64,000 nucleotides of DNA from Lama glama. Lineage: Eukaryota. Both the position numbers and the translations under genes were made by a program. Positions 50,561-63,316 of this stretch are shown piece by piece; positions within the stretch are counted from its first letter, which is position 1, and each line of letters starts with the position of its first letter. The DNA lies in NCBI GenBank assembly GCA_028534125.1, contig CM052818.1:13332001-13396000 (forward strand), given 5' to 3'. The notes under the pieces were generated by a model, which made no database searches, was not told the DNA's origin, and saw only the letters and a list, made by a program, of their open reading frames with translations.

Positions 50561-51329
50561 AGGAGTAAGAGCCCTGAAATGGATATGTTTTAATATGGAT
50601 AGAATATTATTTTATAGAAGCAATGATACAACTTTTGTGGGTAATTTTAAAATAAATTTGATAAGCAATTTAATAAGTTACTTACTATATACTGTATAAT
50701 GTACGTGTACTATATATAGTTTTTCATAGGTTCAGTGGAATATGTTTACCAAAGAGAGAAAAGGCTACTATGTATGATCTCTGAATAGTCATTCCTGCTG
50801 GTAATGTGAGACATAAATTTGATGTTTATTAAATTTAAATAACCCAAGTATGCACCATAAAGTCCAGTTCCAGTGGAATGTTACATTAAAAGAAACACAG
50901 GCCAATGACCATAAGTAATTGTAAAAATAATCCCACTTCTTGTCATATCTGACAAAGAACATTAAAGGAAAAACAATTCATAAGTTTCAGCAATACATCT
51001 AGGAACCTCCTCTCATGTTCTTAATTCCCCCACAATTACTCCAGAGCCTCTCAATCTCAATTCTCTAAACTTTGCCAATAAAAGCCCAGCCCACCTGGGA
51101 TTTCTACCTCCTTTTCCATCTCCTTTCCTCCTGCCTCACCAATTCATTCGTATTATTCATATTCATTTTTTCATTCATTCTGTCCACCCACCCCTTTCTC
51201 TCCCTCTGCTTCTTGCTCCCTCCCTTCTTTCCCCTCTCTGGACCTCTTCACTCTCCTTGCTCCTTCCTCTCCCTCTAAAGACCCCACAGAATCAGACCCC
51301 TAGCCTCTCTTTCAGTCAGTTCCTTCCAT

Positions 51330-51660
51330 TCCTCTTTGCCTGCCATACCTAACTCTGCTCCATTCTCCATATGTTCGAATAGCTAGCTCTCCCACTTCAA
51401 GTCTCTGCTTTTCAGAAACACCTTCCCCAACTACTCCATTTAACATAGCCTCCCTAGTCTATCATTATCTACTCCCTTACCTGACTTTGTTTCTTCATAG
51501 TACCCATCACTACTTGACACTGGTTCTATACTTGTTTAGCTTTTTAATTGTGTTCTTCACCAGAATACAGGTAGCTTGAGGGCTGGGACTACGTAGTATA
51601 CACCGTGGTATCCCTAGCACTTAGAAGATTTCCTGGCACATGTGGACTCTTGGTAATTGA
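51330..51660 (+). mobile_element. L2 3' fragment
   Basis: cctctttgcctg...cagaaacaccttcccc...cttgagggctgggact...tatccctagcacttagaa...cctggcaca. Confidence 0.65.
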
Positions 51661-51769
51661 AAAACAAAATTAGTTGTTTGTACTGGAAATCATCATTTTA
51701 ACTCTTCTTTCCAGAGCAGTAGTGCATACCTGAATATGAAAGTTTAGAAATCTTCCTAATTAGGTCTTC

Positions 51770-51932
51770 AGGCCTTTTCTCTATATACAGTCTCTCCTGA
51801 GGGGGGATGGGGGTTTTGGTATTGAGTTCTATATCTTTGAACACTATACATAAGCTAATGAATCACAAACTCATATCTCTAGCCCTGACTATTCTCTGAG
51901 CTCTAGTCCAATATATCCAACTCTTGGATTGG
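51770..51932 (+). mobile_element. L2 segment (continues after the ERV-L at about 56790-57085)
   Basis: caaactcatatctctagccctgac...tctgagctctag...tatatccaact, resuming after the LTR with catttccatatagatg...ccatctcagttaaaggcac...ctaggagtcacctttgattcctctct. Confidence 0.7.
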
Positions 51933-54900
51933 ATTGATTGGAATAAGATCCTGAAAGTTGGAATGGGGACCTGTGGGAAGACCCTGATGAAACTGGAGAC
52001 ATTGAGCCCCTATATTCTGAGGAGTCTTCTTTGCCAATGTAAGTGGCCTCTCCATCCTCCCTCAGCGCCCCATTTAAGAGGATTAACCCTGTATTGCCTG
52101 AGGAAACCATAAGAGCTTTCACTGAGGCAGTTTGCATGCAAGACAAATGCAGAGTCTCCTCAGGACCTACTCTTACCACCCCTCTTTGCTTCTAGACCCA
52201 TAACTAGACACAAGTTCCAGCAGACCCCTCAAGGTGAGGTACAAAGTGTGATCCATAAGGAGCTGTACTATACTGCAAAAGAACTACTTGTGTTTTCTAA
52301 CCTATAGAGTCAGAAATCCAGGGAATATTTGGGGGGGGGAGTGTACAATAAGAGCAAGGGATAACGGTAGAAGAAACATAAAGTTGAATCAGGCTGAATC
52401 TATTGATATGGGTTGACTAAGTAGAGATTCTGTGTTTATTGTTGCAGCTCGGGGAGTTAGAAAGGGCTTCAACACTCTGTTTGGTTAGTTGGTTGCCTGA
52501 AACATGGACCAAAAAGTGGTCCACAGTGAGCAAGTTAAAATGCCAGATTCACTTTGGTTTAATGTAGAGGAAGGGATTCAAAGACATGAGGAGATTGGAA
52601 TGTTAGAGTGGATTTGTCATTTAAGACCTACTCACTCACCCTGGAAGGGTCCAGAGACATACCCTTCACAATGACTGTGAAAAATAAATTCATGAGGGAA
52701 CCCTGGATCCTTGAAGAGCTCTGTGAACACTCTTCTCTGTAGGCAAGACCTAATAGTGGGAACTGTAGTCACTGAATTAGGAAACCAAAATGTGATGAGT
52801 GATTGGATCCCCATGTGGCAGGGGCCAAGTGGCAGTGCTCAATCACTAAGTGCAGGGTGAGTGTGGTCACCATAATGCACAGCAGTCAGAGTGGCTTATA
52901 GCCTTTTACCAGGGTAACTGGGTATTGGGGAAAGGTAATAATTAGACATTTTTGGGGACTGCTGGAAACTGGCTCTGAACTAACATTAATTCCAGGAGAC
53001 CCAAAATATCATGCTGGTCCACCAGTCAGAGCAGGGGCTTATGGAAGTCAGGTGATCAATGGAGTTTTAGCTTAGGTCTGTTTCACAGTGGGCCCAGTGG
53101 GTATCTGGACCTAACCTGTGATTTCCCCAGTTCTAGAATGCATAATTGGAATAAATGTACTCAGCCACTGGCAGAATTATCACATTGGTTCCCTGACCAT
53201 AATTGGCTATTGTGGTGGGAAAGGCTGAATAGAAACCACTAGAACTGTCTCTACCTAAAAAAAATAATAAGCCAAAAGCAATGTCTCATTCCTGGAGGAA
53301 AGGCAGAGATTAGTGCCTTCATGAAGGAACTAAAAGAAGCAAGAGAGGGGATTCCCACCACAAGCCAATTCACCTTACTTATTTGGTCTTTGCACAAGAC
53401 AGATGGATATTGAAGAATGACAGTGGATTATCATAAGCTTAAGCAGGTGGTGACTCCAATTATAGCTGTTGTATCAGATGTGGTTTCACTGTTAGACACA
53501 AATTAACACCTCCCCTGGTACCTGACATGCAACTTTTGATCTGGCAAATGCTTTCTTTATTCATATCTGCCAAAAGGGACCACCAGAAACAATTTGCTTT
53601 CAGCTGGTAAGGCCAGTTTGCTTTCACTGTCCTACCTCAGAGATATATCAATTCCCTAGCCCTACATCATAATTTAGTTCACGGAGCTTTGATCACCTTT
53701 CTCTTCCACAATGTATCACACTTGTCTATCACATTGATGACATTATGCTGATTGAAACTAGTGAGCAAGAAGCAGCAATTACTCTAGACTTTTTGGTAAA
53801 AATTCAGGGACCTTCTGCCTCAGTGAAATTTCTAGGGGTCCAGTGGCATGGGGCATGTCAAGAAAGCTCTTCTATGATGAAGGATAAGTTGTTGCACCTG
53901 GTCCCTCCTACAACCAAAAAAGAGGCACAATACCTAGTGGGCTTCTTTGAATTTTGGTGGCAACATATTCTTCATTTGGGTATATTACCCTGGCCTATTT
54001 ACCACATGACCTAAACAGCTGCTAGTTTTGAGTGGGGATTAGAACAAGAGGAGGCTCTGCAACAGGACCAGGCCAACATGCAACCTGCTCTGCCACTTGG
54101 GTCACATGATCCAGCAGATCCAATGGTGCTTGAAGTGGCTGTGGCACACAGGGATGCTGTTTGGAGCCTCTGGCAGGCCCCCATATGTGAATCACAGTAC
54201 AAACTCTTAGGATTTTGGAGAAAAGCCCTGCCATCCTCCCATCAAAAACAGATCTTGGCCTGTTACTGAGCCTTAGTAGGGACTAAACGTTTAACCATGG
54301 GTCCTCAAGTTACCATACGACCTAAGCTGCCCATCAAAATTGAGTGTTATCTGATCCATCAAGTCATAAAGTTGGGCATGCACAGCAGCACTCCATCATC
54401 AAATGGAAATGTTATATATGTGGTCTGGCCTGAGCAGGCCCTGAAGGCACAAGTAAGTTTTATGAGAAGTGGCCCAAAAGTCCATGGTTCCCCCTCCTGA
54501 TACACTGCCTTCTCCCTCCCAGCCTGCACCTATGGCCCCATGGAGAGTTCCCAACGATTAGTTGAAAGAGGAAAAGACTCAAGCCTGATTTATAGATGGT
54601 TCTGCATGATATGCAGGCACCACCCAAAAAGTAGATAGCTGTAGCACTACTGCATCTTTCTGGGATATCTTGAAGGACAGTGGTGAAGGGAAAGCCTCCC
54701 AGTGGACAGAACATCAAGCACTGAACCTTGTTGTTCACTTTGGTTTTAAGGAGAAGTGACCAGACGTGCAGGGATATACTTATTCATGGGCTATGGCCAA
54801 TGATTTGTCTGGATGGTCAGGAATTTAGAAGGAACATGATTGGAAAACTGGTGACAAGGAAATTTAAGGAAGAGGTCAGTTAATAGACCTCTCTGAATAG

Positions 54901-56276
54901 GCAAGAAAATATGAAGATATCTGTATTCCATGCAAATGTTCACCAAAAGGTGGCCTCGACAGGGAAGGATTTTAATAACCAAGTTGATAAGATGACTTGT
55001 TTTGTGGCTACCAGTCAGCCTCTTTCCCCAGCCACTTTTGTTATTGCCCAATGGCCATATAAACAAAGTAGTCATGGTGGCAAGGATGGAGGGTTTTCAT
55101 GGCCTCAGCAACATGGATTTCCACTTACCAAGCTTAACCTGGCTACTGTCACTGCTGAATGCCCAATCTGCCAGCAGCAGAAATCAATAGAATCCCTGAT
55201 ATGGTACCGTTCCCTATGGTGATCAGCCAGAATGGATAGGTTAATTCCATTGGACTCCTTCTATCATGGAAAGCACAGTGCTTATTCTTAACTGGAATAG
55301 ATATTTACTCTGGACATGGATTGCCTTCTCAGCATGCAATGCTTCTGCCAAAACTACCATCTGTGGACTTACAGAGTGTCTCAGCCACCATCATGGTATC
55401 CCATGTAGCATTTCTGTTGATCAAGGAACTCACTTCACAGCAAACTCATGGAGACACAACAATGATTTCACTGAACTCGAAGTTAAGGCTGTTGCCCAGC
55501 CACTTAGGATTCCTCATGTCTCTGAATCAACAGACAAAGGAGAGTTACTGGGCAGGCTAGGGTGATTGATCCCGACTATGAAGGGAAACTTGGACTGCTA
55601 CTCCACAGAGGTGGTAAGGAAGAGTATGTCTGGAATGCAGGATATCCCTTAGGGTGTCTCTTAGTATTACCATGCCCTGTGATAAAGGTCAGTGGAAAAC
55701 TACAACCTAATGCTGGTAGGATTACTAATGACCCAGATCCTTTGGAATAAATTTTGGGTCACTCAGGTGAAGAACCATGACCAGCTAGTACTTTCTGAAG
55801 GCAAAGAGTATACAGAATGGATAGTGGAAGAATATAGTAATGAACATCAGTTATGACCAGTTACAGAAATGAATGCTATAATTGTCATGAATATTTTCTC
55901 CTTATTTTCTTATGAATATGTTTATGTATGTGTGTGTGTGTGCATGTATATATATATATATATATAAATAAATATATATATCTTTGTTTTCTTTCCTCTC
56001 ATTCTCTTATCATGTAACATAAGATGCATTGACTTTATATCATATTATCTAAATATTATTCATTTACATCATACTATTTAAGTTATAGGATATGAAGGAG
56101 AAGAGTAAACATCATTCAAGGACCTACTTCTTCTGGGGAAGGGGTTAATGCACTTTTTATTGTATGCAGAATAGCAGTATCATGTTAGGTGGAATTATGA
56201 CCTTGTTATTGTGTTTTGGGGGGGTTAAGTATGTATTAAGGTTATATGGTTTGTTGGTCAAGTTGATGGGTGATCT
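51933..56276 (+). mobile_element. ERV-L (HERV-L/MLT2 family) internal region: decayed gag-pro-pol-dUTPase, 5' LTR absent
   Basis: Protease GLLETGSELTLIPGDP (about 52956-53003), RT LVYHIDDIMLI (53721-53753) and KIQGPSASVKFLGVQW, integrase zinc finger SHGG...CPICQQ (about 55070-55180), and post-integrase dUTPase GVIDPDYEG (about 55560). That gene order is diagnostic of ERV-L. Many stops. Confidence 0.95.
55925..55982. repeat. (TG)n(TA)n microsatellite in the ERV-L 3' internal region
   Basis: tgtgtgtgtgtg...tatatatatatatata seen directly. Confidence 0.9.
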
Positions 56277-56694
56277 TGTGATAGTTAATTTTATGTGTCA
56301 ACTTGACTGAGCCAAAAAGTGCCCATAAATTTGGTCAAACATTCTTCTGGGTGTGTCTGTGGTAGTGTTTCTGGATGAGATTAACATATGAATCAATAGA
56401 CTGAATAAAGCAGATTGCCTTCCCTAATGTGGGTGGTCCTCATCCAAACAGGTGAAGGCCTGAAAAGAACAAAATGGCTGACCCTCTCACATGCAAGGGA
56501 GACATTCTCCTGTCTGACTTCCTTGAGCTGGGACATTAGTTTTCCTGCCCTCAGCCTGGAACTTATACCATTGGTCCTCTGGGTTTCCAGGTTGCCAACT
56601 GCAGATCTTGGGTCTTGTCAGACTTAATAATCATGTGAACCAAGACCTTATAATAAATAAATCTCTTTATTTACATACATACACATTTATGTAA

Positions 56695-56729
<35 letters not shown>

Positions 56730-56788
56730 TATCTATATATTGATTCTATTGGCTCTGTTTCTCTGGAGAACCTTGCCAGACTAATACA
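56277..56788 (+). mobile_element. MLT2-family 3' LTR of the ERV-L, containing a (TA)n tract
   Basis: Starts TGTGATAGTTAATTTTATGTGTCAACTTGACTG and ends TCTGTTTCTCTGGAGAACC...GACTAATACA (TG...CA termini). Confidence 0.93.
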
Positions 56789-57094
56789 ATTGGCATTTCC
56801 ATATAGATGGACAACCTAACGTGTCCAGAACATAACTTTTTTTGAAATCCTAAACCTTGCCACTTTGCCAGTCTTTACCATCTCAGTTAAAGGCACTGAC
56901 ATCTGTCCAGTTGTTCAACTTATGATTCTAGGAGTCACCTTTGATTCCTCTCTATCTCACTCCCTCAAGACTCACCTCAAATATAGTCTGTATCCAAAAA
57001 TCTTCACTATCACCACTGCTTCCATCATAATCCAGATTCTCCTCTCTCTATACTTTTGTGGAAACTTCCTCCAGGTCTCTCCTTGCACACCCAG

Positions 57095-57350
57095 GGAGAC
57101 ACTGCTTAATGGTTGAGAGTGAAGACTCTAAAATCAGAATGCCCCACTACTTATCGTGTGTTTTGGGGCAAGTGGCTTGACTTCTGTGCCTTCATTTTCA
57201 CGTCTCCAAAATGGAAGTAAAAATCACATGGGGAGGTTATGAAGATTAGAGTATATATAGTTAAGTGCTAAAAACAGTGGCTGGGATAAAATAAGCACTC
57301 ACATGTTAGCCATTAGTACAATAATTATTCAATTTGTTATTTTATTACCA
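57095..57350 (+). mobile_element. MIR SINE
   Basis: aatggttgagagtgaagactct...ggggcaagtggcttgacttctgtgccttcatttt...aagtgctaaaaacagtggctggga...taagcactca. Confidence 0.75.
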
Positions 57351-57436
57351 TTGTTCTGTGTGTGTGTGTTGCCTCTCAAATTCATTCTCTTCCCAGACAG
57401 CCAGAATAATTTTAAAAAGGAGGGAGAGGAGGAGGC

Positions 57437-57547
57437 ATGACTTAGACTTATTGTGGTGATCATTTTGCAATATATACAAATATGGAAGCATGTTGTTCAC
57501 TTGAAACTAATATAGTGTTAAACATCAATTATACCTCAATTTTTAAA
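57437..57547 (+). mobile_element. L1MA/MB-type 3' tail
   Basis: agacttattgtggtgatcattttgcaatatatacaaat...ttgaaactaatatagtgtt...caattatacctcaatttt. Confidence 0.75.
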
Positions 57548-58413
57548 TGCAGAATATAATTTGAATACATGTAATGATGTCATTGCTCTTGGCTACCTAG
57601 AGATGAGGCTTCACCACAACTGAGACAGCCTCCATATACGTTAAGAACAATAAATATCCTTTAAAAAGAAGGGGGGCATAACATTCCCCTTCTGAAAATC
57701 CTCAACTTCTCATTAAATATGCAATACAAAAAAAGCTGCTACTACATAGTAGAACCCAGAGGATTCACTGGAACACAGCTTAGTACTCCCAAGCCCAGAA
57801 ACACTGGTCAGTGGAAATAATGTAGAGCCAATAAAAACAAGACCACTAAGGTCTTGAGTCCTATAGGCATAAACACTTGGTTCACCTACCAGGTAAAAAT
57901 TCCTGCCCAGCCAAGGTTTTGGCAGAGGGCGAGGAACATGGAATAGGTAGAACAAATAATTGATGGCATGATTAACATAGGCCTTCACCAGCTTCAGAAG
58001 CAGCAACCTCCAATTTCACTGAATTATGACTTATGTTCCCTCATGGTAGTGGCCCTTTCTTGGACACGAGAACCTCTAAACCCACACAGCCTAATAGAAA
58101 TAATTCATTCAGTTGCTTGTACATTAAAATGGGGAGAGAGGCAGTTTCCAACTCCATCTCTCAAACATGAAGAGTGTAGTGCCTGATAGATAAACAGCCT
58201 GCTCTAGGATTTTCTTTCCTCAATCTTTACATGGCTGGCTTATTTATGACTCAGCTCAAATGTGACCTTCTCAAAGAGGTCTTTGAGGTCCTCAAGAGGT
58301 CTCTATAACAACCTATTGTCTAAAATCATGCATTCTCTCCACTCCTACACTCACTGTCTCTTATTCATGTTTTATTTCCTTCTTAGCATTTCACATGTTC
58401 TAAAATCATTTTT

Positions 58414-59816
58414 TAACATTTTTTATTGAGTTATAGTGATTTTACAATGTTGTGTCAAATTCCAGTGTAGAACACAATTTTTCAGTTATACATGAACATA
58501 CATATATTCATTGGCACATTTTTTTTCGCTGTGAGCTACCACAAGATCTTGTATATATTTCCCTGTGCTATACAGTATAATCTTGTTTATCTATTCTACA
58601 TATNNNNNNNNNNNNNNNNNNNNNNNNNNNNNNNNNNNNNNNNNNNNNNNNNNNNNNNNNNNNNNNNNNNNNNNNNNNNNNNNNNNNNNNNNNNNNNNNN
58701 NNNNNNNNNNNNNNNNNNNNNNNNNNNNNNNNNNNNNNNNNNNNNNNNNNNNNNNNNNNNNNNNNNNNNNNNNNNNNNNNNNNNNNNNNNNNNNNNNNNN
58801 NNNNNNNNNNNNNNNNNNNNNNNNNNNNNNNNNNNNNNNNNNNNNNNNNNNNNNNNNNNNNNNNNNNNNNNNNNNNNNNNNNNNNNNNNNNNNNNNNNNN
58901 NNNNNNNNNNNNNNNNNNNNNNNNNNNNNNNNNNNNNNNNNNNNNNNNNNNNNNNNNNNNNNNNNNNNNNNNNNNNNNNNNNNNNNNNNNNNNNNNNNNN
59001 NNNNNNNNNNNNNNNNNNNNNNNNNNNNNNNNNNNNNNNNNNNNNNNNNNNNNNNNNNNNNNNNNNNNNNNNNNNNNNNNNNNNNNNNNNNNNNNNNNNN
59101 NNNTTCCATTGTATAAATATACCACATCTTCTTTATCCAGTCATCTGTTGATGGATATTTAGTCTGTTTCCATGACTTGGCTATTGTAAATAGTGCTGCT
59201 ATGAACATTGGGGTGCAGGTGTCATTCTGAAGTAGGGTTCCTTCTGGATATATGCCCAGGAGCAGGATTCCTGGGTCATATGGTAAGTCTATTCCTAGTC
59301 TTTTGAGGAATCTCCATACTGTTTTCCACAGTGGCTGCACCAAACTGCATTCCCACCAGCAGTGTAGGAGGGTTCCCTTTTTCCCACAGCCTCTCCAGCA
59401 TTTGTCATTTGTAGACTTTTGAGTGATGGCCATTCTGACTGGTGTGAGGTGATACCTCATTTTAGTTTTGATTTGCATTTCTCTGATAATTGAGCATTTT
59501 TTCATGTGCCTATTGATCATTTGTATTTCTTCCTTGGAGAATTGCTTGTTTAGGTCTTCTGCCTATTTTTGGATTGGGTTGTTTGTTTTTTTCTTATAAG
59601 TCGTATGAGTTGTTTATACATTCTGGAGATCAAGCCTTTGTCAGTTTCATCATTTGCAAAAATTTTCTCCCATTCCGTAGGTTGTCATTGTGTTTTACTT
59701 ATGGTTTCCTCTGCTGTGCAGAAGCTTGTAAGTTTCATTAGGTCCCATTTGTTTATTCTTGCTTTTATTTCTATTGCTTGGGTAGACTGCCCTAGGAGAA
59801 CATTTTTGAGATGTAT
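58414..59816 (-). mobile_element. Young 5'-truncated L1 with 13-bp TSD, inserted into an L2
   Basis: ORF2 C-terminus on minus (HMKKCS...[18 protein letters not shown]...[12 protein letters not shown]) and the young-family 3' UTR. TSD TAAAATCATTTTT at 58401-58413 and 59817-59829. L2 sequence on both sides (about 58200-58400 and 59830-59960). Confidence 0.93.
58604..59103. other. Assembly gap (500 N)
   Basis: Run of N inside the young L1. Confidence 0.99.
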
Positions 59817-61396
59817 TAAAATCATTTTTATTTCCTTTTTATTCTCTTTCTTCCCCAATTCCATGAAGCCTGTGATTTTGTCTTATTTCTTCAGTAACTA
59901 GAACAGTGCCTGATATATAGAAAATGCTCCAAAAATACTTTTGAATAACGTAAGAATTGATGGCCTCCAAGTAAATAAGGCAAGAAGGAACCATGTGCCA
60001 AAGTTCAAGTGTAAGCTAGAAGATTCCTGGAGAAGGAGTCCTTTTGCAATAAGGAGAAACTCAAACGTGTATTTCTAGAACTGACAAGAGCATTCTAAGA
60101 TATTTTGTAATGATTTGTACTCTTTATCTTAAAATGCTAATGATAGTGTACGAATTCAGAAGGGAAATCTTTAAGCCTAGTACTCAGATTTAATTACAGA
60201 GACAAAATGAAAATACTGATTTTTGAGAGAAAGAGCACTAGAAGTGACCCATACGGACTCTGGAATAGCCCTTCTTTAAAAGAGACAAAATGTAGTTTGG
60301 AATGTGTAGTCTGAGAAGAACTTGCTTGCACTGTGAGGACTGTGAGGGAATTTGTGAGATCTCTAAGAAGGGCCATGCCTTATTCTTACCATGCCACCAT
60401 CCGGCCAAGCTGGCATTAAGGATGGGAAGTGGAAAGGTTTGAGGAGCTTTGTGAAATGCTATAGCAACCACAACACAGAATTGAAGTCAGGCCATATCCC
60501 CAAACAAACTGCCACCATGGAAAATGCACCATCTGAAGTGTCTTGCATTTCCTAGGAGGAAAGTGACAAACCACTACGCTGTAACTTCTCATCCATTTGA
60601 CCAAACACTCCCATTCCTGTTGTGTTTATTTGAACCAGAGGCGTAGAGTGGGCATGTTTGTTCCCCATTACTAACTCACTGATCTTGACTTAAGAACAAT
60701 TTGGGAACGGGGGCCATGGCATCAGTCACAGATAACAAACCACACACAAGTACCCTAGTTTATAAATAACAGGCCCTCCAAGAAACCACATGACATCTCG
60801 AATGCTGGATGGTACTTCTGAAAGCTCTGAGAGAGCTGGAAATCGCATACAGGCAAGCAAGTCCCTGCTGAATACACATCTAAGGAGCTGTGCATGCATT
60901 GTTTATTCCAGCAACTTTATGGAATAAATTACACACAACAAATTAGTTTCAGATGGTAGGATATGAATAGCCGATGGGCCGTATAAAGTGAATTCCCACT
61001 TTTGACCCAACTACTTCCCATCTCAAGCATCTCAGACTCAGAATCCAGATGCAATTCATTTTTGAAAATGCAACAGAGATCAGAAAGTTGATAAGTGGCG
61101 AGGATTAGAGACTTCAAAAATCAACTTATGAGTATTGTTAACTCATTATATTCTCCTGTGATTTTTAGTTGTTGATGTATATGGAAACCATGGGTAAAAT
61201 TGAACCCATCTATCCTCCTTCCCGTCATTATGCAGACAGCCAAAAATAAATATTTTCCTGATATTTCCTACCTGTATGGAAATTCTGTAATAGATTCTAC
61301 TCAACGCACATTTTAAAATTTCACTGCATAATACACTGAAACAATCATTTATGTTCCTAAAGGAGATACAATGTCTTTTTTCCTCCCCATTAATCC

Positions 61397-61972
61397 TTTT
61401 TTTTAAACTAACACAGTGAGATTGACTTCTTTTGGTGCACAGTTCTATGACTTTTTACTACATGGATAGTCATGTAACCTTCACTGCAATCAAGGTTACA
61501 GAACAATTCTCACACCCCTCCCAAATTCTCTGGTGCTACTTCTTTATAATCCCCACCTACCTTTAACCATTGGCAAACCACTGGCCTGTTCTCTATCACT
61601 ATGGTTTTATCTTTTCCAGAATGTGAAGAATACAACCTTTGTCATGTAACTTTTCACTCAGCAAAATGCCTTTGTGATTCATCCAAACTGTTGCCTGTCT
61701 TAATAGTTCATTTTCATTGCTGAGTAGTATTCCATAATATGAATGTGTCAGTTTGTTTGTTCACTCACCCACTGAAGGATACTTGAGTTATTTCCAGTTT
61801 GTGGCAATTATGAATAAAGCTGCTATAAACATTTGTGTACAAGTTTTGTTGTGAACATAAATTTTCATTTCTCTTGGGTAAATATCTAGGAATGGGTCAC
61901 ATGGTACATCTGTGTTTAACTTTATAAGAAACTGCCAAACTTTTCCCAGAGTGGCTGTATATCATTTTTTTC
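61397..61972 (-). mobile_element. Old L1 (L1MC/MD-type) 3' fragment
   Basis: gtgcacagttctatgact...tgtaacc...tgctgagtagtattccat...ttatgaataaagctgctataaacatttgtgtacaag...tttataagaaactgccaaac. Confidence 0.85.
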
Positions 61973-62927
61973 ATAAGTAAAATAATAAAAACCATTAAAA
62001 GTGGACCCTGATAGCTTGTTCACTTATGTTTAGGTGATTCCAATAATACTATTCACCATGATAAAGTACTGTCTTTAAAATAATCAGAAGCATTTGACTT
62101 TATTTTTTTTTCACTTTTAAAGCTTAATTGAGTCCTTAACATAACTTTTAAAACAAAATCAGATGCTTGACAACTGTAGAAATGTAAAGCCTAAGGAATA
62201 TACTTATAAATGAGAAAATTTTAATGAGAGAAAAAGAACCAGGGAAAGTTTTTATCACAGCTAAGTTTGAGCAACTTAACCCAGTGTCACATGCATCAAG
62301 TCCAATTTTCAATTCATAAATAAGCTTCCCCCTCCCTCCAAAAACTTCCACCCAAAGGCTAATTACAGAAGAAAAGGGAACATGAGCACCAGCCAGAAAA
62401 GATTCACAGTTGCCACTCTTCAGTTGCTACTTTAATGGAAAACACATGTGCAAGATACCACCCAGGAGACAACTGACCAGTGTGTTCTAAAGAAACGAAC
62501 GTTACCAGAAAATGAGCCACACAAGATGGCTTACTCTCTTGGACAAGCTGAGCCCAGAAAGAGGGTTGATAGCAATTTTGTTCTTATATAAATACGTGCT
62601 AGTCCAAAGATGAGATACTGGGACAAAAATTAATCTGTAGCAATAAAGTTGAAGGCAATGATGTGAATTAGCCCTCACTACTTATTGTCTCATCTACATG
62701 CCCTGCAGTCAGCTTACCATCAGATTTGGGGGTGGGAGGTTCTTAGCAAGGTTAAAGTAAGAAATCCTACAATGGAATTGGAAGAAAGGGCACAGTGATG
62801 ACTGTATCATTAAATAATAATGCTAAAACTCATTAGCTGCCTCCTACTACAGGTAGCCAGCAGTATTCCAAGTGCTGTACACACAACATATCATATCCCT
62901 AATTTATAAGGTAGGGATTGACTCCAT

Positions 62928-63316
62928 TGTATTAGCTCAGGTTGTCATAACAAAATATGTAGGGTGGGTGGCTTAAACAACAGGAATTTATTTCTCACAG
63001 CTCTTGCAAAGAATGAGATCAAGGGGCCAGCCAATTAGGTTCTTGGTGAGGGCTCTCTTCCTGGCTTTCAGGGGCCAGATTCTAGCTGTGTCCTCACATG
63101 GTGGAGAAGGAGAGCAGAAGCAAGCTCTCTGGTCTCTTCTAGTAAGGAGACTAATCCCATCGTGACACCTCCACCCTCATGACCTCATCAAAACCTAATT
63201 GCCTCCCAAAGCCTCATCTCCAAATACCATGCACTGGGTGGGGTGGGGTGGGGTGGGGGGTAGGTGGGTAGGGCTTCAATATGTGAATTTGGGGGACCAC
63301 AGTTCAGACAAGAGCA
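62928..63316 (-). mobile_element. MLT1A-like MaLR solo LTR inserted in a MIR
   Basis: tgtattag...ggcttaaacaacaggaatttatttctcacag...gtgagggctctcttcctggc...ccctcatgacctcatc...gggcttcaatatgtgaattt...agca. Near-TSD TCCAT (62923-62927) / TCCAC (63317-63321). MIR sequence on both sides. Confidence 0.88.

Noticed and set aside
51933..52900. ERV-L gag as an Fv1-like co-opted restriction factor
   Set aside because: No long open frame; the region is 5'-truncated with multiple stops and frameshifts.
58492..59520. Long ORFs (183-309 aa) in the ORF track
   Set aside because: They span the second 500-N gap; the rest is L1 ORF2 on the minus strand.
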